Assembly: GCF_006345805.1 (NCBI RefSeq) | Contig: NW_021831284.1 | Location: 372,001 to 436,000, forward strand | DNA length: 64,000 nucleotides | From: Octopus sinensis | Taxonomy: Eukaryota | Direction of reading: 5' to 3' | Shown: piece after piece, positions 25,007 to 37,856 of the stretch | Layout: each line of letters begins with the position of its first letter | How positions within the stretch are numbered: the stretch's first letter is position 1 | Made by a program: the position numbers and the translations under genes | Notes under the pieces: model-generated | Told to the model about the DNA's origin: nothing | Databases searched by the model: none | The model's input: the letters and a program-made list of their open reading frames with translations, nothing else

Positions 25007-26879
25007 TAGGGCAATTTTTTGCCTAAAATGCCTTTTTGCACCAAAAGGTCTATTTATTTAAATAATTAATTTAAGCTATAATTTAATTAAAATAGATTTA
25101 TCTACAACGAGTTATAATGCCTTAAATGCTTAAAAAATTGTTAAGGTCCTAAAAATTTTTTTAAGGTCCTAAAATTTTTTTAAGGTCTTAAAAATTTTTA
25201 AAATAAATTATTTTTAAATGTTACAAAAAAATATTTTAAAAATAACAAATTAGGCACGCTATAAATTACTTTTTTGTGTTCAAATGCCACGTGTACGTTC
25301 TACAAATAAGTCTAAAGCTCTAAAAGCCTATGAAACTTACGTAAAAGAATTCACAGTGATTAAGGCAGTCTATATTGTAAAATATGTATGATCTACGTCA
25401 ATGCATCAAAAAAAAAAATATATTGATCAGCATAGACAATCTACAAAACATCTAAAGCTTTGAGTAATTTAAAATTATTTTTTTAGATAACAATGAAGGA
25501 TTCCAACAATCCTTAGATTCCCTATTCAACGGTCAAACCGAAACGGAAGACTTTCAGAGTATGCCGATGGAAGTTGCCAAAGCCTTTTCTGAAGCAAACA
25601 TTCCTCTTCATAAGCTCAATAATCCAAGCTTAAAGGGATTGTTTGAAAAATTGAATATTTCGCTTCCTTCCCAGTCAGCCTGTCGCAATTGTATTCCTGC
25701 AATCAGTGAACAAAATTATCCAAGTATAAAAGTGATCTAAGGTTAACAAATGATTAATTTTTAGATCTCAAAAGATTTTTATGGTTGTTGACGAGGGTGA
25801 CGTAAATGGACAGAAGTTTGTAGTTGTTCTCATTGGGAATATCGCTTATCCAGAGAAGACCTATTTAATTTCGTGTGAACCTTTATATGAATCTGTAACT
25901 GCTAACACAATTCTTCAGATTATCGATGAAGAGATTAAAAAATTCGAGATTATACGCAATAATTTTCTTCTTTTTCTTTCTGATGCAGCCCCGTATATGA
26001 TTTGGGTAGTTTGTTGAATTATTTTTAGCCGGAAAAACATTGAAAATGCTTTATCCTAGGATGTTCCATGTAACATGTGTTGCACATTTGTTACATAATT
26101 GCTGTCTCAGAGTAAAGGCGTATTATTCGGACGTTGATAATCTTATTGCGACTATAAAGACATCAATAGTGAAAAACAAAACTAGAAAAAAAATGTTTTC
26201 TACAATTGGTTATCCGCCCGACGTCATCATAACTAGATGGGGTAGTGGCTGCAAGCAGCATACTATTATGCAAATAATTTTGTATCAATTGCTGAAATTG
26301 TGGAGAATTTCAAAGACGACGGAATATTAGTTAAAAAAGTAAAACAAGCAATTGAATCGCCAACCTTAAGAAAAAGTCTAATGGAAATAAATGAAAATTA
26401 TCAGATACTTAATCAAATATTGAAAAAAATGGAATCCACAAGTTATACAATAAATGATGCACATTCAGATCTTTGTTTGTTAAAATTTCCGTCTGATAAT
26501 GCAGAAATAAATGAATACATACAAAAAAGATTACACAAAAATGACATAGAATCAATTATAGAAATGGAGAAAAGTAATATCTCCCCTGAAGAATATGGAC
26601 TAATAAGAAAATGTCAGTGTACATCATCAACCGTTGAAAGAGCATTTTCTATGCTTAAAAAATTAATTACTAAAGATAGAGGTTTCAATGCGGAAAATGT
26701 CAAAAATTATTTAATACCTTACTATAACAAATAATTTTTTACGACTTTTTGATTTAATACCTTATTAAAATGTGCCTAAAAATGTAGAATAAAGTCCTAA
26801 AAATTAAAAATAAAGTCCTAAAATGCCTATTTTTAAGGTCCTAAAAATAAATTTTAAGTGCCTGAAAAAAATTGCCCTA
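25007..26879 (+). mobile_element. hAT element with CGGBP1/DUF659-like transposase, TAGGG termini
   Basis: TIRs TAGGGCAATTTTT / AAAAATTGCCCTA; CTAATAA duplicated. Motifs VDE.D..G, LSDAAPYM, HVTCVAHLLHN, ITRWGS and TSSTVERAFSMLK, with introns and frameshifts. Confidence 0.85.
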
Positions 26880-26891
26880 CTAATAATATTT

Positions 26892-27496
26892 TGTCGCGAG
26901 CGCAGCGAGCACGCGAGCGCGACGCGCACATTTGACAGCTAACAAGCCTGTCATCAACAAATATATTTATTAAATTATTTAAAATTTTAACATGATTTAA
27001 AATAAAATTGAAATAACTTAAGTTTTCCATTGAATCCCATAAAAATAATTATAAGTAGACCTTAATAGAAAAAGTAAAATTAATGAATACTGAACGCTAA
27101 TTTTGTTTAGGTTGTGAGGGGGGTAATAATTTGACAAATCTCATTGCTATTTTTTCGTTTTAATCTCTAAAATTAGGTCTTCTAATCAAAAATGAACTGT
27201 GCAGACAGGCTTGCTCCTTCAGAGATTCTTGTTTTGACATTTTAATAAATTATGAAGCATTTAGATTTTTTCTCATATTCTAAAATATCAATTATAAATT
27301 TTAAAATATTATTTTTATTTATGAAATCGGTTTTAAAGCTCATTCTGCTTTGGCATCGATTTTAATTTTTGTTATCGAATATATTTAATCCCAAATACAA
27401 GCCTGGGTATTTGTCAATTTATAGATTTTTTGATTGATCGGATCTAGAAATTGAGTGGTTGCTCGCTGCGCTCGCGTGCTCGCTGCGCTCGCGACA
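26892..27496. mobile_element. Second TGT...ACA MITE with 5-bp TSD
   Basis: 29-bp TIR TGTCGCGAGCGCAGCGAGCACGCGAGCGC; TATTT duplicated at 26887-26891 and 27497-27501. Confidence 0.75.
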
Positions 27497-28395
27497 TATT
27501 TCAAAAAGAAATATTATTCATTATGATTTAATTATATTATATATTAATTTGAAATTATTATTAAAAAATAAAATTTAAACAAAGGTTCAGAAGTTTTTCG
27601 CGGACCCCCTGGAATCTTTCGCGGTCCCCTAAGGGGTCCGCGGACCCCAGGTTGAGAACCACTGCTTTATAGGAACTAAAGTTTTCTACAAGTAATACTT
27701 CCGAAATCGAACAAGTTGTTTAAAAAAATATGCACCAGTTCAAAAAATTGATATTTATTGTTTTTATAATTTCCCTGGAAAGATTTATCTCGATGTTTTT
27801 GGATAATAAAGACTAAATAAGGCCATCTCGGGTGGTTTCTTAAATAAACAAATATTTATTCCGGAAATACTTTTAATTATCCAAAAGAAGATGTAAAGCG
27901 AATGGTTTTTATCCATGTGCTGTTTTAAGTCAACGAAAAAACTTGGAGAAGCATATCACTCGCCTGCGACTTGACTTGAGTAACGTCATTCCTTCAATTG
28001 ATTCTTACTAAAATGAACGAGACCTTGTGGACTGGGTCATGTATCCAAAAAAAACTGCCATATTTGCTTTAGATAAAGTGTGTCTAGGAACCATAAAATG
28101 TAATTTGTCAACTAAGTATGGTTAGGTCAGGAGTGTGAAAACAATGGCCAGCGGAGTAATAATAGTCTTTTTCACGAGAGCCATAGTACAGTGAATACTC
28201 CCAAATTCGCCATTTTTAGTTCCGTCATTTTTTGCGGCGAATTTGAGAAATGGCGAATTTCAGAATATACTCAATAATTTTTGAATGTGAGTAGAACTGT
28301 TTAATAATTCGAAAATAGCAAAAATTGACGTAATTGAAAAAATTAATTTTATTTTAACAAAGAATTATACTTTTTTATCAAAGTAATATTCCAGT

Positions 28396-29402
28396 TTTTT
28401 TGGTTGAACTTGTGACGTGGTTCTTTAAAGATGGAGTCTAAAAAGCGCAGGAAACTAACACCTTTTTCGCTACTCTCGTTTAATGTCAGAGGAATCGCTA
28501 AATCTTGGAAAAGAACAGCATTGTGCGAAGATCTGAAAAGATACAAAGTCTCTGTTGGATGTTTACAGGAGACAAAACTGCATGGGGGATTAGAAGAGGA
28601 ACTATCACTTCATTTTATTCCGAAGTGAATGCAGACACTTTGGCCAAGGATTTGTAATAAAGAAGGAATTGAAACCAATGGTTCATCGCTGTTGGAGCAT
28701 ATGGTGGGTCAAACATTGACAGTGACCACAAAATGGTCATTGCAAGAATATTGGAGAAAAGTAAAGAAACTCGGATCTCTATTGGGAGACGAACAAGACG
28801 TGATTATGCGGAAAACACATGCAAACAGTGCACTACGCAGCTTAAAGGAAAATTGGCTAAAACGAAAAGGACTCAGCACAAAAACACGGATACGACTATA
28901 CAATTCACTCGTGAAGCCAATACTCCTATATAACGCCGGAACTTGGGGATTTTCCGCTACAGACAATGACAACCTAGACTCTTTCCATAGAGATCACCTC
29001 CGACGTACTCTAGCCTCCAAGTGGCATTCAAGGCTGAGTAGCAGAACAGTTTATGTCAGAACATCAAGCAAACCAATCTCGCTCGAAATTACCGAATGCA
29101 GATGGAGGCTGTTTGGACATATTCTAAGAATAGATTTGGATGCTCCGGCAAACGCCGCCATGGAGGACTATTTCGAAGCTGGGGGTCATCGTTTCCGTGG
29201 GCGACCAAGAAACAATCTCCCGGGTACGCTGGATAGAGACCTTAAGAGAACTGGTAAAGAATTGAAGGACGGGGACGATCTCGATGCACTACGGGACGTC
29301 GCCCAAAATCGCGGGAAATGGAATAAGCTAATTACTCGTATTGTTTCCTGTGCTGCACAAGCTTTGTCATGATCCATGGCATCGCGAAAGTGCCTATAAT
29401 AA
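28396..29402 (+). mobile_element. Internally deleted RTE-like non-LTR retrotransposon
   Basis: APE start (SFNVRG, CLQETK) joined to the C-terminus (RLYNSLVKPILLYNAGTW, RWRLFGHILR, RGRP); (TAA)n tail; 12-bp TSD TAATATTCCAGT at 28384 and 29403. Confidence 0.85.
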
Positions 29403-29662
29403 TAATATTCCAGTCCCGTTTGTTGTCTCTTTATATTTTGATTTTTTCCTCGAATCTTCGAATTGAAGTAATTAGACGCACATCTTCGTTTTCGACAATT
29501 TCGATTAGTGACTTCTCAATTTTTCTTAATTTTACACCAATCTCATTTCTAGTGAGATGAACTATTGTTTGTTCATTTGAAAGAAAATTTTTATCTGCGG
29601 ATTGTTCTTCAGGATCTTCATTATCGAAATTACCTTCTTCGTTAATTGCATTTTCTTCTAAA

Positions 29663-32600
29663 TCTTAATAATTAAATGGTATGGTGTGTGTCTGTCTGTC
29701 TGTGTGTGCACACCAACTTCAAATTGGCAATACGATGTCCTCGACCTACATGACGAGGTCCTTAAAACCTTCCCCCCAAAAAAAAATTAAAAAAAAATTT
29801 TCTGCATTTTGGTTAAAATGAACAACTACGATGTCCTCGACTTACATGACGAGGTCCTTAAAACCTTCCCCCCAAAAAAAATTAAAAAAAAATTTTCTGC
29901 ATTTTGGTTAAAATGAACAACTACAATGTCCTCGACTTACATGACGAGGTCCTTAAAACCTTCCCCCAAAAAAAATTAAAAAAAAATTTTCTGCATTTTG
30001 GTTAAAATGAACAACTACGATGTCCTCGACTTACATGATGAGGTCCTTAAAACCTTCCCCCCAAAAAAAATTAAAAAAAAATTTTCTGCATTTTGGTTAA
30101 AATGAACAACTACAATGTCCTCGACTTACATGATGAGGTCCTTAAAACCTTCCCCCCAAAAAAAATTAAAAAAAAATTTTCTGCATTTTGGTTAAAATGA
30201 ACAACTACGATGTCCTCGACTTACATGATGAGGTCCTTAAAACCTTCCCTCCAAAAAAAATTAAAAAAAATTTTCTGCATTTTGGTTAAAATGAACAACT
30301 ACGATGTCCTCGACTTACATGATGAGGTCCTTAAAACCTTCCCCCCAAAAAAAATTAAAAAAAAATTTTCTGCATTTTGGTTAAAATGAACAACTACGAT
30401 GTCCTCGACATACATGATGAGGTCCTTAAAACCTTCCCCCCAAAAAAAATTAAAAAAAAATTTTCTGCATTTTGGTTAAAATGACAACTACGATGTCCTC
30501 GACTTACATGATGAGGTCCTTAAAACCTTCCCTCCAAAAAAAATTAAAAAAAATTTTCTGCATTTTGGTTAAAATGAACAACTACGATGTCCTCGACTTA
30601 CATGATGAGGTCCTTAAAACCTTCCTTCCAAAAAAAATTAAAAAAAAATTTTCTGCATTTTGGTTAAAATGAACAACTACGATGTCCTCGACTTACATGA
30701 TGAGGTCCTTAAAACCTTCCCCCCAAAAAAAAATTAAAAACAAATTTTCTGCATTTTGGTTAAAATGAACAACTACGATGTCCTCGACTTACATGATGAG
30801 GTCCTTAAAACCTTCCCCCCAAAAAAATTAAAAAAAAAATTTTCTGCATTTTGGTTAAAATGAACAACTACGATGTCCTCGACTTACATGATGAGGTCCT
30901 TAAAACCTTCCCTCCAAAAAAAATTAAAAAAAAATTTTCTGCATTTTGGTTAAAATGAACAACTACGATGTCCTCGACTTACATGATGAGGTCCTTAAAA
31001 CCCTCCCTCCAAAAAAAATTAAAAAAAAATTTTCTGCATTTTGGTTAAAATAAACAACTACGATGTCCTCGACTTACATGATGAGGTCCTTAAAACCTTC
31101 CCCCCAAAAAAAATTAAAAAAAAAATTTTCTGCATTTTGGTTAAAATGAACAACTACGATGTCCTCGACTTACATGACGAGGTCCTTAAAACCTTCCCCC
31201 AAAAAAAATTAAAAAAAAATTTTCTGCATTTTGGTTAAAATGAACAACTACGATGTCCTCGACTTACATGATGAGGTCCTTAAAACCTTTCCGCCAAAAA
31301 ATCAAAAAATTATTTTCTGCATTTGATTAAAATGAACAACGTTAATGTCCTCGACATTCATGATGAGGTCCATTAAAACCTTCGAGGCAAAAATCTCACG
31401 TATTAAGAATATCCTTGATGAAAACGACAGCGAGAATATTAACAATGATGAACTCCCAATTATTCGCGATAAAGAAATTCAATTCATCCTATGATTTTCT
31501 CTTTAAAATTAAATGCATATATCATTATCGACCATGAATCAAAATTAAAGCTATTATCATATTTGACTTTGACAGAATGTGCAATTACAGATTGCACGAC
31601 CTTGAATAGAGTGTGCAATTAACAGATTTTGAAAAACACTTTGATAGTTGAAACCACATTAGCACAATCATTAACACAATTTACCACCAATTGACAGCGC
31701 AATCAGAAGAATTTGCGTAAAAATATTAACTATTTAGTTAAGTTTTTCGTAAAGATAGAATTTATTTTCGGTATGCCTCTTTTCCTAAACTTTTTTATTA
31801 TTCAAAAATAATTTTTTCAATAGATAACCGAAGGAGGGAAGACGACCTTAAGAAAAGAAGTTTTTCGTAAAGATAGAATTTATTTTCTGTATGCCTCTTT
31901 TTTCCTAATATTTTTTGTTATTCAAAAATAATTTTTTAAATAGATAACCGAAGGAGGAAAAACGAAGCTGAAGAAAAAACGGTCAGCTTAAGGTAATTAA
32001 TTAAATCTTTTTTGTGTGTCGCTTTTTTGGCTGCTGTTAAGTTTTTTTTTGTTTTTTTTTATTTTTTGTTTTTAAATTATTTATTTTTATTTGTTTTTTT
32101 TATTTTTTTTGTTATTTTCTAAAAATTCAACCGGATTGAATTTTTAAACTCCTTAGATCCCTCTGGAATGCCGAATCATTTTTTAAAGTTAAAGATAGGC
32201 GTTCCAGTGGTTTTATTACGCAATCTTGCGCCACCTAAATTATGCAACGGAACGAGGTTAGTTATCAAAAATTTGATGGCTAACGTAATAGAGGCGACGA
32301 TATTAACAGGTAAGTATAGAGGTGAGGACGTTTATATTCCACGAATTCCGATAATTTCTGATGAATTACCATTTAGATTTAAAAGGCTGGAATTTCCTTT
32401 GAGGATGAGTTTTGCAATAACAATAAACAAGGCCCAGGGACAATCATTAAAGGTAGTTGGGTTATTTTTAGAGAGTGAGTGCTTTTCACATGGACAGCTG
32501 TATGTGGGATGCTCGAGGGTAGGCAGAAGAGAAAATTTATACATATATGCCAAGGAAGGACGGACGACAAACTTTGTTTATCAACAGGCGATAGAATAGG

Positions 32601-32711
32601 GTTACATTAAACCAGGTAGTTTTATACATCTACATAAACTTATAGTTGTTTGATGAAACAGGCCCTCCGCAGGAGCTAGGTCGCGGTGAGCGAAGCGAGC
32701 TGCCGAGCTAG
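29663..32711 (+). mobile_element. Non-autonomous Helitron 1 (PIF1 helicase remnant)
   Basis: A|TC 5' end, CTAG|T 3' end with a GC-rich hairpin, no TSD, (GTCT)n near the 5' end. Helicase C-terminus [46 protein letters not shown]. Confidence 0.92.
29730..31380 (+). repeat. ~95-bp tandem array (about 17-18 units) inside Helitron 1
   Basis: Unit GATGTCCTCGACTTACATGATGAGGTCCTTAAAACCTTCCCCCCAAAAAAAATTAAAAAAAAATTTTCTGCATTTTGGTTAAAATGAACAACTAC; units differ mainly in homopolymer length. Confidence 0.95.
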
Positions 32712-34014
32712 TAATTTATAGAAATGAATTCTTCAATTTGAATAGGATTATAAATATCTGTTTTAATTATCAATTCATCAATTAAATTTTTATCTGTAGA
32801 TTGTTCATCAAAATCTATTTTTTCAGTTTTTTGAAGTAATTTTTAATAGTTTTCGAGCATACGACTTCTCAAGCCATTTTTATAAAAAACAGTGTCCTTA
32901 AGATTTAAATGTTTATAGGATTAATAAACCGAAGCTTCGTTTCCAAAATTTTAGTGAGATAAAATAATTTGTGCCGATTTAAGTGCACCTTAAATGTTTT
33001 GATAATTCCCAAGTCAATTGTTTAAATTATTCCTGCGGCATTTTTAAAAAAGGACATAATTTTTATATTTTCAAGATGACAAGGTATACAATGAGAAGGA
33101 CAATTATCGATCAAAAGCAAAATTGACTTTTTTTCCTTCTTCAAAGAGTTGTCAAAATTAATCAGCCATTTACTAAAAATTTGGCCCGTCATCCAAGACC
33201 TTTTAGAACTGTAATATGAAACAGAGCATTGATAGTAGTAATTTTTGAAACATCTTGGCATCATTGATTTTCCAATTAAAACAGGCTTTAGTTTGTGATT
33301 CCCAGACATATTTGCACACAACATTACAGATACCCGATCTTTAAAATCTTTATATCCTCCAAACTGAGTCTTGCAAATACTTTTAGACGGAATTAGTTTG
33401 TTGAAAATTCCTGTTTCATCAAGGTTATAAATTTCATCGGGAGTATAGGACTTGGATAAATTTTGAAATTCATTTAAAAATCCTTCGATGTCAACTTTTT
33501 TATCAGTTTTCATCTGCCCATGCAATTTTCTCAGGCGGAATTCATGTCTTTTTTTAAACTTGAACAAGAATCCGGCAGAGTTCTTAAATTTATCGAGAGA
33601 AAGATCACAAGCAAAAATATTAAGGCATCATATTAAGGCATCAATTAGTAATGCACCTTAAAACTTTAAAATATTAAAAATACCTTTCGATTCCATAAGA
33701 TCCATCCACTCGACGAGCTTTTTATCAAGTTCCGAATATTTTAGCTGTTTTAAAGTTTTTGTAGAGGAATTGACGCTTTTATATTGTGCGAAAATCCTTT
33801 CACGCATCTTCGAAATATCGTTGATTGTCCTCCTCGAAATCTTTACTTTAAACAAATGAGAAAATCTATCAGCAATTCGCTGACAGGATAATTGTTTATT
33901 TTCATCCTTATATCGCAAAATTTCAATTTTTTGTTGTATTGTAATTTCGGATCAATATAATAATTTTTAAATTAAATAAAATTTAAATTTTATTGACCTG
34001 AATTTACTTTTAAT

Positions 34015-34190
34015 GGATTCACATAATCAAAATGCTTCTGAATATTCAATCGAACCAGCCATGGTTCGCCGACAAATTAATATCTAATGATGTGAGAGAA
34101 AGTATAATAAACAAATCTTTGGATGGATATCCAACCAAAGATATTGCTCAACTGTTCTATAGTACTAAACCCACGTTGCACCATGTTTTT
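34015..34190 (+). mobile_element. Possible Tc1/IS630-type transposase N-terminal HTH fragment
   Basis: Frameshifted ISNDVRESIINKSLDGYPTKDIAQLF resembles a transposase HTH; no termini found. Confidence 0.35.
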
Positions 34191-34245
34191 TAAAAATGTA
34201 TTATTTATCAATATTTTTGTATTTTTTATTTAAAGGAAAAAATTT

Positions 34246-37200
34246 TTGGGAAGTGTGACGTGTATGTCTGTTTTCACCAGTCTGCAAACATATCCTGAGG
34301 GCCTTCCTATGCAAAATACAAATAATAATAATCAATCAGAAGTTGGAAGCGTGTCTTCAGGGCTGCATGGAACGCCTGAAAATTGCAATGATCCTTATAT
34401 TGAACCTTCACGAACGCATCTGCTCCCCCTTAAATCATTGATAACTGAAACACACTCTAACGACAAATTGGAGTGGATATCTTCTGTTGTTGATTCGGCT
34501 AAGCGGAGATTTGGAAGAATCCCTCGTGGTGGATGGAACCTCATTGTACATATTTTCAATACCCGTTTTCTTGTTCAGAAAAGTGCCTCCGATGTTAAAA
34601 AATTATTGAAAGTGAAACCCCATAGTGAGACTTGTGGTAATCAAAAAAATAAAATAAGAAGCTCTTGGAGGGAAAATATTGAGAAGAGAATTACTAAATT
34701 CAAAGAGAACCTCACTCTTATTGCTAATTTCTCCAAGCTGAAATTCAAAAGTGAAAAGAATACGGCCCTGGACTTTATGTGCTCCTTTGGATACAAGAAG
34801 TCGAGAAAGTGAGAAATCGCCCGAATATGTACGTTAATTGAAGATAGAATAAAAATCATGGAAAAAAGGATTTCGATTTATGAGTCACGAAAATCATTTA
34901 GAAGAGACAATTTTTGTTTTGAACTCAACAGAAGGAGGTTTTACCGAAACCTGAATGCTGTAGAAGATAATAAATATACGTTGCCGGAAGGTGAATGTTT
35001 GTCATTTTGGGAGAAGGTATGGAAAAAAGATGAGAATCATATTGCTACTGATGTTGTTGGAAAACGCATAACTGGCGTAGAACAATCCCCAGTTGACATC
35101 AAACCAGACTTTATCAAAAGTATTATTAACTATGCGCCAAACTGGAAGACTTCTGGATGCAATGGAGTATACTGCTTTTTTATTAAAAAGTTTGAATCCC
35201 TCCATAATTATTTATGTGATGAAATTTTGAAGATTATTAAGGGAGATTACTGTCCTGGTCAGTGGTTTTACACTGGGGTTACATTTCTCATCCCATAAAA
35301 GCTTGTTGTGAATCACCTAATGACTTGCGTCTGATTACATGCATGCCTATACTATACAAACTTGTTACAAAATGTGTCAACACTAAACTTACAGACTACA
35401 TTGAAGCTTTTGGTCTTGTTTCGGATAACCAACTGGGAGCGAGAAGACATTGCCAGGGTGCAAAAGAACAGGCTTTCATAAACCAGTGCATTAACAATCA
35501 CTATGGAAATAACTTATTTGCGACATGGATTGATATAAAGAAAGCATTTGATTCTGTTAACCATGAATTTTTATCGCTGGTATTGGATTATTCTGGACTC
35601 CCTGAGTGGATTGTGAAGTTTATTAAAAGTTTGATAAGTAAATGGAAAGTGATTCTGAATCTCAACGTAAATAGAATTGGAACAGTGAAATTAGAAAGAG
35701 GAATTCTTTAAGAAGATTCACTATCTCCCCAACTTTTTACGCTGGTAATGGATCCGTTGAGCAGAATACTAAATCAGAAGTTTCCTAAAATCTGTATTGA
35801 CCAAAATGACCCGTCTCAAATAACATACTCAACTAATCATCTGCTATTTATTGATGATTTGAAAATACTTGCTGAGAAAGAAGATACGATCTTGAGGATG
35901 ATGGATAGTATTGATGAATACTTCAGTGTTGTTGGTGTGAGGAGGAATTCTGAAAAATCTGCAACCAATCTGAATGATGTTAAAGAAACTAGAAGCCTTG
36001 ATGGATATCGATATCTGGGAGTCCTGGAGGATAAAGGAAGCAATTTATTAAAGCATGAAGTTATGAAAAAAATTGCAGAAAATGTAAAGAAGAGAATTGA
36101 AAGCTTAGTGAACACGAAGCTAAATGCAGTGAATCTATTTAAGGCGATTAATGAATATTCTCTATCACTTTACAATTACTATATTGGACTAATTGACATT
36201 GAGCCACACGAGTTTCAAGCCATTGATACCGAAGTTCGAAGGATTCTATCTAATTTACATGTTCATCTGAAACCTGCAAATAAGGAAAGATTATACATAA
36301 GCAGATCTAACCTTGGAAGAGGACTTAATTCAATTGTCCATAAAAGTGAATGCATGTTATACCAATTTTTGACTGATCTTGAAAGAAAGTCTGCAATGTG
36401 TCTCAGAAAGGCTGGAATCTTGCGGGTCTTGAAAATAATAAAACACATATGACCACCATCGCAAGATTTCTTACCTTCAAATACAATATTGAAGATCCTT
36501 CAGAATTGAATATAAACATAATCAAGGAGAATCAACAAAAGAGTCTAATGAAGATTATTAAATCGAAGATGTTGCATTCCGTACTTTTCAAATGTTGTGA
36601 GGATCAGAATGTTGACATCAATATGTCTACGGAATGGCTAGTGAATGGAAACAACAGTCCGAGATCAGAAGCAATGTATTGTATTATTCAGGATCGAAAT
36701 ATATTTTTCAACGATAACGGAGGAATATGCAATCATTGTAATCAAGCTAAAAAATCTGTTGATCACATGGCTACAAGATGTAGCAGAATGCTGAACAGTG
36801 ATTATACCAGAAGACATAATGAAGTTATAAGATGCATCCATCTGCATCTCTGCCGCCAATATGGAATCAGGAAAACCAAAAGGTTAAAGTCACACACAGT
36901 CCAATCGGTTAGCTCAAATCATAAAGTGGAGATAAGACAGATGTTCATGTAAAAAACAATAGACCAGATATCTTTGTCCTTGATAAAACGAAATCACTCT
37001 AATTGAAGTCGGAATACTTCGAAACAACACGGGGTGTTCCACAAGGAGACTCGCTATCTCCCGTGCTTTTTATTGTGTATCTTGAGGCCGCTCTGAGGGA
37101 CTTTAAATCAGTCATAAAAAATGATTATCACGAGATATCCTACGCAGATGACGACACAGAAGATGTTACCCGAAGGAAAATCCTTTCAAATGGAGTTTTT

Positions 37201-37773
37201 AGAAAGCTTATGTCTCTATGGAGAACTAAAAAGAAGCTAACTGGAAAAACGAAAATAAGGATATACAACTCGTTTGTATTGCCAATCCTTACCTACAACT
37301 GTGGAACCTGGGGACTCACAAAATTGGAAAATCAGAAACTAGACAGAAAAATATTTATTGATTGTGTTTTATGTATCAAAATAGGTCAACTTAAATATAT
37401 TAGACCGCCGCAAACAAGTCGAAATCGCGAAAATTCCACAAATATGATTTATTGGCAAATGAACTTTCGATACTTTGTAAAGCAAAGGTGAAAACTATTC
37501 CGGTGGTTTTGGCGTTGGATACAGTTGTCTCTTTAAATATTACATGAATAAAATAACTATTGAAAAAGCAGCAAAAACTTACATTCAATCCGTTATAATG
37601 AAATGAAGCATGGTATGAAGGTCTATAGTGAAGAATATTCCTCTGCTACCGACCAACTTGTAAAACTGGCATGCTTTTGGGACAAGTCAATTGAAGCTAT
37701 GGAACATATAACAATTTGGTCCGGCGAAGAGATAAAGAATGAGGAGAGTAAAGAATTAGTTTTTGTAAAATAA
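34246..37773 (+). mobile_element. Degenerate RLE-type non-LTR retrotransposon (R4/NeSL-like group)
   Basis: RT motifs (LRLITCMPILYKL, WIDIKKAFDSV, RGIL*EDSLSP, HLLFIDDLK, YRYLG), CCHC finger (CNHC..SVDHMATRC), RRHNEV, NNRPDIFVLD, LIEVG and KFHKYDLLANEL; several frameshifts and stops. Confidence 0.85.
37020..37395 (+). mobile_element. RTE-like RT fragment inserted in the RLE domain of the previous element
   Basis: RGVPQGDSLSPVLF, YADD and RIYNSFVLPILTYNCGTWG, similar to 28396-29402; it splits LIEVG from DR.KQVE. Confidence 0.65.
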
Positions 37774-37856
37774 TCTAAAATTTAATTTTAGTTTTAAAAT
37801 AAATGTCCAAACTTTGATAATATTTAAAAAATTTTAAATTCTTTTGTATTTTGTAA

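Larger units (their letters stand above)
22938..27664 (-). mobile_element. Complete hAT/Buster transposon with two nested insertions
   Basis: TIRs CAGTGGTTCTCAACC / GGTTGAGAACCACTG; perfect 8-bp TSD CTTTATAG (NNNTANNN pattern). BED finger plus Buster transposase at 23084-24942 with one premature TGA (24487) and two micro-introns. Confidence 0.95.
28189..33960 (-). mobile_element. pogo/Tigger (CENP-B-like) transposon interrupted by an RTE and a Helitron
   Basis: TA-CAGTGAATACTC terminus at 28189; HTH (33658-33918); DDE (IYNLDETG, DRVSVMLCANMSG, LLIDNCPSH). The acidic tail rejoins in frame (..FISINY|LEENAIN..) when the Helitron is removed. Other TIR not found. Confidence 0.85.

Noticed and set aside
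30472-31238. ORFs in the 95-bp arrays (also 54665-55631)
   Set aside because: Translations of tandem repeats; frames break at homopolymer length changes.
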